Source: a bacterium
Lineage (GTDB): Bacteria > Patescibacteriota > Doudnabacteria > UBA920
Assembly: GCA_016699995.1 (NCBI GenBank)
Contig: CP064996.1
Coordinates: 690,963 to 754,962 of the forward strand
DNA length: 64,000 bases
Reading direction: 5' to 3'
Part shown: piece by piece, positions 56,576 to 64,000 of the stretch
Numbering within the stretch: position 1 is the first letter of the stretch
Layout: the number at the start of each line of letters is the position of its first letter
Notes under the pieces: model-generated
Databases searched by the model: none
What the model saw: the letters and a program-made list of their open reading frames with translations, nothing else
What the model was told of the DNA's origin: nothing
Translations under genes and position numbers: made by a program

Positions 56576-57601
56576 ATGAAACTGAAAATTGCTGTAATCA
56601 TAATCCTTGTTCTAGTAGTTGGCTTTACCGGCTGGCGCATTTGGAAGGCTACGCGCAACGATTCCAGCAATACTACCTCACAAGAAGAAGTAAAAAAATT
56701 ACCAAGTATAAATGGCGAATTAGTGGATGAAGACAAAGCCACCCGAAGGCCCATTGCGGTAGTAATAGAAAACCATTCCGACAGCCGGCCCCAGTCCGGC
56801 TTAAACGAAGCTGATATAGTTTATGAAACTTTGGCAGAAGGCGGAATCACCCGCTTCCTGGCTATTTTTCAGACAAAGGATCCAAAGGAAGCTGGCCCGG
56901 TTCGTTCCGCGCGCCCGTATTTTAACTTTTTATCCAACATGTGGGGAGCTTCATACGTACACGCCGGTGGCAGTAAGCAGGCGTTGTCGGAATTAGCCTC
57001 CAGAGTTCATAAAAACCTGTTTGACGTTAATGAATTCAGCTACGGCGATTACTTCTACCGGGATACCGAACGTTACGCGCCCCACAACCTTTACACCGAT
57101 ATTAAAGATGACCAGCGCAAGCTGCTGCAAAAGAAAGACGAAAACCTATGGCAAAGCCGGATCATCTTCCAAACACAAACCACTGCGCCAGAACAGATTA
57201 TTCCCGAAATAACCAAAGTTACCCTGCCTTTCTCGACGGATAGCTACGAGGCTACTTACACGTACGACCAGCAAAGCAATTCGTACAAACGCTTCATAAA
57301 GAGTATTGCCACCATAGACAAAAATGGTAGTGTCCAAGTTTCGCCAAAGAATGTACTGATTATGCTTACAGATATTTCCACTAACCCCAATGACGATTTA
57401 GGTACGCAAAACATCAAGCTCACTGGCAATGGACCCTGCTTCCTATTTAACAACGGTAAATTCAAGCGATGCAATTGGGAATACCTGGAAAACAGACACG
57501 TTTATACCGATGCCGAAGGTCTACCGCTGGTATTGGAGGCTGGCCAAACCTGGATTGAAGTTTTCCCAAGAAACAGGCAAAATGACATTAAATGGCAGTA
57601 G
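56576..57601 (+). CDS. DUF3048-family membrane-anchored protein (YerB-like).
   Basis: RPIAVVIENHSDSRPQSGLNEADIVYETLAEGGITRFLAIF...GPVRSARPYF. Confidence 0.65.
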   Translation: MKLKIAVIIILVLVVGFTGWRIWKATRNDSSNTTSQEEVKKLPSINGELVDEDKATRRPIAVVIENHSDSRPQSGLNEADIVYETLAEGGITRFLAIFQTKDPKEAGPVRSARPYFNFLSNMWGASYVHAGGSKQALSELASRVHKNLFDVNEFSYGDYFYRDTERYAPHNLYTDIKDDQRKLLQKKDENLWQSRIIFQTQTTAPEQIIPEITKVTLPFSTDSYEATYTYDQQSNSYKRFIKSIATIDKNGSVQVSPKNVLIMLTDISTNPNDDLGTQNIKLTGNGPCFLFNNGKFKRCNWEYLENRHVYTDAEGLPLVLEAGQTWIEVFPRNRQNDIKWQ

Positions 57602-57626
57602 TTAAAGCCTTATTATCCTTTATTAT

Positions 57627-58097
57627 ATGACTCTTAAAATAAACCAAAAAGCCCCTGACTTCACACTTCCGGACCAGGATGGCGCAAAACATAAGCTCTC
57701 CGATTACCAGGGCCAATGGGTGCTTGTCTACTTCTATCCAAAAGACGACACACCAGGATGCACCACTGAAGCCTGCACCTTGCGCGACAATTTTCCGGCC
57801 TTTAAAAAATTAAAGGTTAAAGTCTTCGGCATAAGCGTGGACAGCGAAAAGAGCCATAAAAAGTTCGCAGATAAATACCAGTTACCCTTCACAATATTGG
57901 CAGACGAAGACAAGAAAGTGGTCGAGAAATATGGAGTGTGGCAAGAAAAAAGTATGTACGGCAAAAAATATATGGGCACCGTACGAAACTCTTATTTGAT
58001 CAACCCAGAAGGCAAGATTGCCAAAATTTACGAAAAGGTTAAGCCTGCTATGCATGCAGAAGAAGTTCTGGCAGATATTAAAGAATTATCGAAATAA
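57627..58097 (+). CDS. bcp: Peroxiredoxin Bcp (thiol peroxidase, AhpC/TSA family).
   Basis: FTLPDQDGAKHKLSDYQGQWVLVYFYPKDDTPGCTTEAC. Confidence 0.85.
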   Translation: MTLKINQKAPDFTLPDQDGAKHKLSDYQGQWVLVYFYPKDDTPGCTTEACTLRDNFPAFKKLKVKVFGISVDSEKSHKKFADKYQLPFTILADEDKKVVEKYGVWQEKSMYGKKYMGTVRNSYLINPEGKIAKIYEKVKPAMHAEEVLADIKELSK

Positions 58098-58109
58098 TAA
58101 ATATAGAGA

Positions 58110-58394
58110 TTGGAAAATATGAAGAAACACGTATCAATTACAGTCCATGGCAAAGTTCAAAAAGTTGGATTCCGCTTTAGCGCAATCGAAAAGGCTTTGG
58201 AATGGAATTTGGTTGGAGTGGTAAAAAACTATGACAACGATAAGGTCCAAATTGAAGTTGAAGGAGAGCTTGATGATCTGCAAAAGTTTCTAAAATGGTG
58301 CCATGTTGGACCGCAAGGATCCAAAATCGACAAAGTTGATTACGTTTCCACCGAGGAGCTACAGAATTACGAGACCTTTCAGGGAGAATGGTAA
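58110..58394 (+). CDS. acyP: Acylphosphatase.
   Basis: VHGKVQKVGFRFSAIEKALEWNLVGVVKNYDNDKVQIEVEG; followed by a terminator at 58409-58433. Confidence 0.8.
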   Translation: MENMKKHVSITVHGKVQKVGFRFSAIEKALEWNLVGVVKNYDNDKVQIEVEGELDDLQKFLKWCHVGPQGSKIDKVDYVSTEELQNYETFQGEW

Positions 58395-58434
58395 ATTCTA
58401 ATACAAAATAAAACCGGCGAATGCCGGTTTTTAA

Positions 58435-58750
58435 TATACAAATTAATGACTAGTGTTGAGTAAAATTAAAACTCCTGCATGCAGGTAACCTATTTTCTGT
58501 TAGGTTGCTCTGCCGTAGGAGTCTTAGCGTAGGTCTTGAGCCATGTGCGATATTTAATTGTCTTATAGATGACTGCCAGGCGTTCGCGCCTGTGGGCTTA
58601 TCGCTTTTGGCTAAAGCACCTTTCCCATTACTGGATTAATCATCAAAGGCTTTCCCCTTTCTACCTTTAGGCTACACCCGTCCTTCACTAGGGTCAAGGG
58701 TAGTTTTCCACTGTTTTTCCATACTTCCCATACCTAAAAAGAAAAAAATA
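58435..58750 (+). ncRNA. Candidate structured non-coding RNA of about 300 nt. Part of it resembles the 3' region (P15-P18-P4-P1 strands) of bacterial RNase P RNA; its identity is unresolved.
   Basis: No ORF of 60 aa or more on either strand. It is flanked by the acyP terminator and the 58755 promoter. GC-rich, with hairpins: the palindrome cctgcatgcagg at 58474-58485 and caggcg-uucg-cgccug at 58576-58591. The plus strand at 58531-58621 is collinear with E. coli M1 RNA 3' end motifs CUUGAGCCA, GUG.GCGAU, UAGAUGA..GACUG, GGCUUAUCG (61 vs 60 nt spacing) and CACCU. CR-I and the S-domain are absent. Confidence 0.3.
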
Positions 58751-58754
58751 ATCA

Positions 58755-58783
58755 TTGACTTTGCCAAGAGGATTATTTATACT
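58755..58783 (+). promoter_or_regulatory. Sigma-70-like promoter TTGACT-17-TATACT for the 58820 gene.
   Basis: ttgact at 58755-58760; tatact at 58778-58783; RBS AAGGAGGA at 58806-58813. Confidence 0.5.
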
Positions 58784-58819
58784 TTAAGGTATTTTTAGCC
58801 TATTTAAGGAGGATTTAAG

Positions 58820-59230
58820 ATGGGAAAAATGGATAAAACGGATCGTTTGTTCTTGCTCGTATTTATGGCAGCCGTGGGAATAATTTTCTCTGCCTTTGAT
58901 ATCAAGGAATATGCCAAAAGCATGAATGACAGCTGGTTGGCATTTCTCAATATGGGAATTTCGCTTGGGGCCTTTGTAGGTGCTGCAATATTGGCCAAAA
59001 GGCCCTGGCAAAAAATCATTTTGCTTTCACTAATGACCATCAGCGGATTTGCCCATTGCGGACTGTCCTTGCTCAAAGCAGTTTCTGTACTCAGAGACAG
59101 CGCCTCGGTGCTGTTTTACCTGTCCGGAATTCTGATAATGGGCATAATCATGCTTCTGGGCTGGCTAATGGCTTATACGGAAATCAGCGAACCGGCAGTC
59201 GAAAACAACAACCTACTCGGCAACGAGTAG
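58820..59230 (+). CDS. Hypothetical 4-TM membrane protein (136 aa).
   Basis: Strong RBS; hydrophobic segments; followed by the hairpin terminator at 59242-59270. Confidence 0.55.
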   Translation: MGKMDKTDRLFLLVFMAAVGIIFSAFDIKEYAKSMNDSWLAFLNMGISLGAFVGAAILAKRPWQKIILLSLMTISGFAHCGLSLLKAVSVLRDSASVLFYLSGILIMGIIMLLGWLMAYTEISEPAVENNNLLGNE

Positions 59231-59288
59231 GTTTTAATTTAAAAGCTGCCAGTGAAGGCAGCTTTTTATTTGGCAATCTTTTATTAAA

Positions 59289-60650
59289 TTAGTAATCGCG
59301 GAGCTTGTGAATATCTGGATGTTCTTTAATCCGATCTAAGGCTTTAGCCTCAATCTGGCGAATACGTTCGCGGGTCACGCCAAATTCTTCGCCGACTTCT
59401 TCCAAAGTATGGGTTACACCGTCTTCCAAACCAAAACGCATCTTAAGAATTTTTTGCTCGCGCGGGTCCAGATCTTTCAAGATTGATTCAACATACTCGC
59501 GCAGCAATTGACGGCCTGCCATTTCTGTTGGCTTGGGCTTATCTTCGTCCTCGATGAAATCCTGCAAATAGGAACTTTCTTCGTCACTACTGTCTTCTCC
59601 AACTGGCGCATCGATTGATACGGTTTCCTGGGAAATCTTTTTTAAATGATAGACTTTTTCTACTTCGATTCCCATTTCGGCGGCAATTTCTTCCGGCAAC
59701 GGCTCGCGTCCCAAATCTTGCACTAACTGGCGCTCTGCCTGGGCATACTTGTTCAGAGTTTCCACCATATGAACAGGGATACGAATGGTTCGGGATTGAT
59801 CCGCTAAAGCGCGAGTAATGGCCTGGCGGATCCACCAAGTGGCATAAGTGGAAAACTTATAGCCTTTGGTCCAGTCGAACTTTTCTACAGCGCGGAATAA
59901 ACCAAGATTACCTTCTTGGATAAGATCCAATAATCCTAGGTTTCGGCCCATGTATTTCTTGGCGATAGATACAACCAAACGCAGGTTGGCTTCGGTTAAG
60001 CGCTTGCGGGCCCCTTCGTCGCCTTTGCCGATACGCTGCGCTAAGTCGATTTCTTCCTCGCCTTTCAGCAAAGGCACTTTGCCGATTTCACGAAGGTACA
60101 TCTGAATAGAGTCGTCGTAAATATCTCCCAAATCGAAGCCTTCCAGCAATTCATCTTTCTTCTTCTTGGTAGAGCCTTCTTCTTCTAGCAGTCCCTTGCC
60201 TTGTTCCCAAACGCTGGCAACTTCCTGATCGACAATTTCTACGCCGTTGTCTTCCAAGGTATCCATTACCCGTTCCAGCAAGTTGATGTCGTCTTCTAAC
60301 TGCGGGAAGATATGCAAAATTTCAGCTTCAGTAACGAAGCCCCGACCCTGCCCTTTAGCCATTAAGCTGTCTAAAGCTTCCTGGAACTTTTGGGTTTCTT
60401 CCTCAGTTAAAACTAGCTTTGCGAGCTTGCGTCCAATGCGCTTGCCTTTTTTCTTTTTTACTTCCGGAGCTGCGGGTTTTGGAGCCGGCTTAGCGGTGGC
60501 TTTTGGTGCAGGCTTAGAAACTGGTTTTACCGCCGGTTTCTTAGCGGGCTTAACAGGTTTGGCCGCTTGTTTTTTGGCAGGTTTCTTAACAACTGCTTTT
60601 TTTGTTTTAGCAGGCTTCACAGCCTTCTTCACAACTTTCTTCTTAACCAT
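59289..60650 (-). CDS. rpoD: RNA polymerase primary sigma factor (sigma-70) with a Lys/Ala/Pro-rich histone-H1-like N-terminal extension.
   Basis: Regions 2-4 include [27 protein letters not shown] and ...[23 protein letters not shown]. The N-terminal ~75 aa are [36 protein letters not shown].... Confidence 0.9.
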   Translation of the reverse strand: MVKKKVVKKAVKPAKTKKAVVKKPAKKQAAKPVKPAKKPAVKPVSKPAPKATAKPAPKPAAPEVKKKKGKRIGRKLAKLVLTEEETQKFQEALDSLMAKGQGRGFVTEAEILHIFPQLEDDINLLERVMDTLEDNGVEIVDQEVASVWEQGKGLLEEEGSTKKKKDELLEGFDLGDIYDDSIQMYLREIGKVPLLKGEEEIDLAQRIGKGDEGARKRLTEANLRLVVSIAKKYMGRNLGLLDLIQEGNLGLFRAVEKFDWTKGYKFSTYATWWIRQAITRALADQSRTIRIPVHMVETLNKYAQAERQLVQDLGREPLPEEIAAEMGIEVEKVYHLKKISQETVSIDAPVGEDSSDEESSYLQDFIEDEDKPKPTEMAGRQLLREYVESILKDLDPREQKILKMRFGLEDGVTHTLEEVGEEFGVTRERIRQIEAKALDRIKEHPDIHKLRDY

Positions 60651-60694
60651 GTATTAAATTATTTAAAAATTAAACTTAAGCATGAACTATTGTA

Positions 60695-60778
60695 TGAATT
60701 TATTTTTGTTAAGCTGACAGTCCGCTAGCGCCGGCCACACCGGGCCGAAAGCGCTGTCGGCGTACAAAAATAAATTCA
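60695..60778. promoter_or_regulatory. Long intercistronic hairpin between dnaG and rpoD: a 14-bp perfect inverted repeat enclosing GC-rich sub-hairpins.
   Basis: tgaatttatttttg (60695-60708) pairs with caaaaataaattca (60765-60778). Inner stems are agcgc/gcgct and cggcc/ggccg. Confidence 0.45.
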
Positions 60779-60831
60779 TGAACATAATAATTCATGTTTA
60801 TCATTACAGTTTTAAATTGTTTTTTTATTTC

Positions 60832-62613
60832 TTATGCCTCGCGCAGTTTAGTTTCGATTTCAAAGCGCACCTTGGTTAGTTGGGCAAACCGGGCGCCTAA
60901 CTGCTTGGCAAAATCTAAGTTGTTTTCTAATTCAGCTTTCTTGATGGCAATAGTCAGCTCTTGCAAGTAATTTTTTAACTTGGCTAACTTAAACAAGAAA
61001 AAGCTTTTCTTTAACTCGCGCATATACGCCAGTTGGTTGTTGGACAAATTTTCTAAGTTAGATTCTACCATAAAGATAGCTTCTTTGACAAGCGAATCTT
61101 CGCAATTAGACAGATCTTCGCCTAAAATGGCTTTCTGAAAATATTCTAAAAGTTCTTCCGATAAGAGCTGATCCGGTAGGCTTTCTACCTGAACAAACTC
61201 TAAAAACTCAGGAAAAACAATCATTCCGCCCAAAATCTCTTTCTCCCAAAGGTTAACCTCTGGCACGTGAGTCTTGGTTATTTCGGGCTGTTTTGGCTCT
61301 ACAAACTGGCCGGTTGGACCATAGCCAGAAATAACCGCCTGAGACAATTCCTGCTTAAGGGCCGATTCCGTAATCACAAACTCAGAACTGATTTTGCGCA
61401 AATAATGATCGGCCTCAACCGCTCCGGTAATTTGCTTAATTAGGGGTAAAATTGTCTCGATAATAAACTGCTTCTGCTCGAGCGAACCATAGCTATAATC
61501 ATTCCTTGCCTGCTCTAGGTAATATTCCACCACCGGATAACTGCCGCTAATCAGCTTCTCCCACATCGCAGGACTCTTATTAATCAGCTCATCGGGATCT
61601 TTGGCAGAACGCAAATCTACCACGCGAACTTCCATTTCTAACCCCAAAGCCAAAGCTGCGGTGCGCAGCGTAGCCTTGTGCCCAGCCGAATCATTGTCGA
61701 AGGCTAAAACCAAAACTGGGTTAAGTCGTTTTAATACTCGCAGCTGATCTTCCGTAAAAGCCGTACCGCTGCTGCCAACTGTATTTTTAAATCCAGCCTG
61801 ATGCGCTGAGATTACATCCATCTGACCCTCCATTACTACTACCTGTCCGCTTTGCCTAATAGCATCCTTGGCAAAATTTAAACCAAAAATTATTTTGCTT
61901 TTGTTATAAACCGGCGTTTCCGGACTGTTGATGTACTTGGCCTGGTCTTCTTTTGCTCCAGGAAGCACGCGTGCAGAAAAACCCACCACTTCGCCATTGA
62001 AAGTAAAAATAGGAAATGTCACCCGGTCGCGGAAGCGGTCAAAGACTTTGCCATTACTGCTCTCTGCTAATACTCCGGCCTGCAATGCCAAAGGCTGGTT
62101 AACATCTTTCTTTTTCAGTGCAGTTAACAGCTGGTCAAAACTGTTCGGAGCCAAGCCGATACGCCAGCGTATAATTGTCTCTTCGGCAATGCCGCGCTCC
62201 TTTAAATACTCGCGGGCATACGCGCCATTCAAACTCTGTAAATATTTTTCATAATAGCTGCAGGCAAATTCATTGATGCGGGTAAGCTCTTCTAAGACAG
62301 ATTTTTCTGGACCGTTCTGAGCCTTAAACTTCGGCAATTCGATGCCCGCCATATCCGCGGCCATTTCTAGCGCCTCGCGGAATTCTACATTCTCATAGCG
62401 TTTAATGAAACCGAATACGTCTCCGCCCTCACCGCAACCAAAACAATGCCAAATCTGCTTGGATGGCGAAACCATAAAGCTGGAAGATTTTTCATTATGA
62501 AAAGGGCACAAACCTTTAAGGTTAGCACCGCTTTTCTTAAGCTGAACATAGCGGCCAATAACCGTGGCTATATCGAGCCTGTCTTTTACATCCTGGATGG
62601 TGTTATCTGTCAC
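60832..62613 (-). CDS. dnaG: DNA primase.
   Basis: Zinc-binding CPFHNEKSSSFMVSPSKQIWHCFGCGEGGD; Toprim motifs EGQMDVIS and DNDSAG; 593 aa. Confidence 0.9.
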   Translation of the reverse strand: MTDNTIQDVKDRLDIATVIGRYVQLKKSGANLKGLCPFHNEKSSSFMVSPSKQIWHCFGCGEGGDVFGFIKRYENVEFREALEMAADMAGIELPKFKAQNGPEKSVLEELTRINEFACSYYEKYLQSLNGAYAREYLKERGIAEETIIRWRIGLAPNSFDQLLTALKKKDVNQPLALQAGVLAESSNGKVFDRFRDRVTFPIFTFNGEVVGFSARVLPGAKEDQAKYINSPETPVYNKSKIIFGLNFAKDAIRQSGQVVVMEGQMDVISAHQAGFKNTVGSSGTAFTEDQLRVLKRLNPVLVLAFDNDSAGHKATLRTAALALGLEMEVRVVDLRSAKDPDELINKSPAMWEKLISGSYPVVEYYLEQARNDYSYGSLEQKQFIIETILPLIKQITGAVEADHYLRKISSEFVITESALKQELSQAVISGYGPTGQFVEPKQPEITKTHVPEVNLWEKEILGGMIVFPEFLEFVQVESLPDQLLSEELLEYFQKAILGEDLSNCEDSLVKEAIFMVESNLENLSNNQLAYMRELKKSFFLFKLAKLKNYLQELTIAIKKAELENNLDFAKQLGARFAQLTKVRFEIETKLREA

Positions 62614-62794
62614 TTTCGTGGGCTGTTAAAAGGGTTTTCTCCTATTACTGTACCAATAAAAGGGCCTTTTGAACACTCGACAAAATCGGGCCAAAATGCT
62701 AGAATAAACACTGAATTTACTATAGTAAGTGAGCGATGGCTCTGCCAGCGCGAACGAGGAGCAGGGCGGTTTACCGCATCTGCGGCCAAATCAT

Positions 62795-62882
62795 GGAGAC
62801 GTCGCATAGTGGTCTAGTGCGCTCGCTTGGAAAGCGAGTAAGGGTCAAACCTTCGAGAGTTCGAATCTCTCCGTCTCCGCCA
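62795..62882 (+). tRNA. tRNA-Ser (anticodon GGA), class II with a long variable arm and encoded CCA.
   Basis: Acceptor ggagacg / cgtctcc; anticodon stem ctcgc / gcgag with loop ttGGAaa; long variable arm taagggtcaaaccttc; T-arm gagag-ttcgaat-ctctc; discriminator g, then cca. Confidence 0.85.
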
Positions 62883-62912
62883 GGAAGATTTTCATTAACT
62901 TATAGAAATAGT

Positions 62913-63215
62913 ATGGCAAAGTCCCAACTCAACAACTTAAGCAAGCGCCAAATTTTGGAAAGCTTGATGTACGAACAAAACCAAAGCAACGCTACCCTCT
63001 CCCGCTTGGTCACCGCAGTAGCCCGCACTGCGGGCATTGATCCGGAAAAGTTGGCAGAAAATTTTATCGATGACAAAGCCAATCAAGAATTTATCGATAA
63101 ATTCAATACCAGCGTAAAGAGCAAGCACGCTACAGCTCATGGCCACAACGATGCTGCAAATATCGCAGGGGTAGAAAATACCCCAGCAGAAGGATCGGAA
63201 GAAAAAACTGAATAA
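62913..63215 (+). CDS. Hypothetical protein (100 aa).
   Basis: The start must lie after the tRNA-Ser; ATG at 62913. Followed by the terminator atggtctc-gcga-gagaccat at 63231-63258. Confidence 0.5.
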   Translation: MAKSQLNNLSKRQILESLMYEQNQSNATLSRLVTAVARTAGIDPEKLAENFIDDKANQEFIDKFNTSVKSKHATAHGHNDAANIAGVENTPAEGSEEKTE

Positions 63216-63264
63216 CTATGATAAAATAAAATGGTCTCGCGAGAGACCATTTTATTTTTACAAG

Positions 63265-63675
63265 ATGAAGCAGCAGTATTCAAGGTTAAAAAATTATTTT
63301 CCGATTATGGTCTGGCCGATGCTAGTCCTGGCTTTCCATTTAATATCCCAGGAGCTGGGTCTATATGCGACTTTGCGCTGGCTCGATACCCCTATGCATT
63401 TCCTGGGTGGACTAGCAATTAGTTACAGCAGCTACTACTTATTCGCACACCTGGAAACTAAAAATGAGCTGAAGGCCGTGCCGAGCGTGAAGATGTTTTT
63501 GGCCATAGCTATTACAGCCTTGGCCGCTGTCCTCTGGGAATTTTCCGAATATGCCAGCGATTCGCTGTTAGGGACTTTAATGCAGCCGAGCATTATTGAT
63601 ACTCTCAAAGATTTAATGATGGGGTTGCTCGGAGCCGCGGTCGTGGCTTTCTACAAAAAATTCAAGAATAAGTAA
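63265..63675 (+). CDS. Hypothetical 4-TM membrane protein (136 aa).
   Basis: Hydrophobic segments; followed by the bidirectional terminator aacgctgtc-ctgc-gacagcgtt at 63680-63708. Confidence 0.5.
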   Translation: MKQQYSRLKNYFPIMVWPMLVLAFHLISQELGLYATLRWLDTPMHFLGGLAISYSSYYLFAHLETKNELKAVPSVKMFLAIAITALAAVLWEFSEYASDSLLGTLMQPSIIDTLKDLMMGLLGAAVVAFYKKFKNK

Positions 63676-63710
63676 ACAAAAAACGCTGTCCTGCGACAGC
63701 GTTTTTAAAT

Positions 63711-64000
63711 TTATCGGAATTGGCCGGCGCCGCGGGCTTCTATGACGGCTGACTTTTCCTTTGCTATATCATGCTTGTTGGCTGGCACAGCATCTGAAGC
63801 ATCATAGCCCCAGGAGCTCAAGACGCTCATAGTTGGAATGCCCTTGAGCCCGTCCTCGCCCACCAAGTAAATGGTTTTGCCGATTTTAACCAAGGTTCCG
63901 GTGCGATGTGCTTGATCTTCATTGTCGATCAGACTCGTCGGCTCCATAAAGGAAACGTCGCCATTCTGTGATTTGCTAAAGGAATAACCGAGGCCTTTAA
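63711..64000 (-). CDS. Hypothetical protein, 5'-truncated by the window edge.
   Basis: The minus-strand frame is open from 64000 down to the stop at 63711 (...VKIGKTIYLVGEDGLKGIPTMSVLSSWGYDASDAV...). Confidence 0.45.
   Translation of the reverse strand, partial: KGLGYSFSKSQNGDVSFMEPTSLIDNEDQAHRTGTLVKIGKTIYLVGEDGLKGIPTMSVLSSWGYDASDAVPANKHDIAKEKSAVIEARGAGQFR

Noticed and set aside
58435-58750. Calling the non-coding element a bona fide rnpB (RNase P RNA), tmRNA or SRP RNA.
   Set aside because: Only the 3'-terminal P15-P4-P1-like strands are recognisable. CR-I (GGAAAGUCCGGGC), the S-domain, the tmRNA GGGG... 5' end / T-arm-like 3' end, and the SRP GGAAGGAAGCAGCC motif are all absent. It is kept as an unassigned ncRNA candidate only.
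58784-59076. Minus-strand ORFs 58784..59011 and 58804..59076.
   Set aside because: They are antisense to the 58820..59230 membrane-protein gene, which has an AAGGAGGA RBS and a sigma-70 promoter. There are no signals for the minus-strand ORFs.
62446-62817. Plus-strand ORFs 62446..62817 and 62736..63215 (N-terminal part).
   Set aside because: They overlap the tRNA-Ser gene and the dnaG start region. Only the portion downstream of the tRNA, from ATG 62913, is a plausible CDS.

Overview
This 64-kb window comes from a compact bacterial genome of roughly 40-48% GC. Coding is dense, intergenic regions are short and bounded by hairpin terminators, and ribosome-binding sites are often weak. The gene content suggests a reduced, possibly episymbiotic lifestyle (Patescibacteria/CPR-like); that placement is my inference, not something measured. 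The content supporting it: a class-III prepilin / PilX operon, nrdR-nrdA-nrdB, infC-rpmI-rplT, dnaG-rpoD with a tRNA-Ser upstream, rsgA, queA, the NAD-salvage regulon nrtR-nadM(Nudix)-nadV, mntH, mscL, dsbA/dsbB, many small membrane proteins, and almost no biosynthetic genes.

Main observations:
- A modular surface protein of more than 1650 aa at 1-4965 carries three LamG-like + 2xFN3 modules, then Ig-like and SGNH/SASA-like esterase-like regions. A single in-frame TAA splits it.
- A roughly 3.3-kb low-GC island sits next to tRNA-Asn. It encodes a Pol-beta nucleotidyltransferase (SMODS/CD-NTase-like motifs) followed by a PD-(D/E)xK nuclease, plus small transmembrane proteins. I read this as a candidate minimal CBASS-like or Abi-like defence module.
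- Seven to eight neighbouring genes across 33.4-38.2 kb are broken by frameshifts, several of them at homopolymers.
- A hairpin terminator occurs four times, with compensatory base changes in the stem.
- A non-coding stretch of about 300 nt after acyP shows collinear similarity to the 3' end of RNase P RNA.
- Other unusual genes: a SET-domain protein, an orphan OmpR-type regulator with Glu at the phospho-acceptor position, a sigma-70 with a histone-H1-like N-terminal tail, and MscL fused to a zinc ribbon.

All functional calls rest on motifs I recognised by eye; no database search was run.
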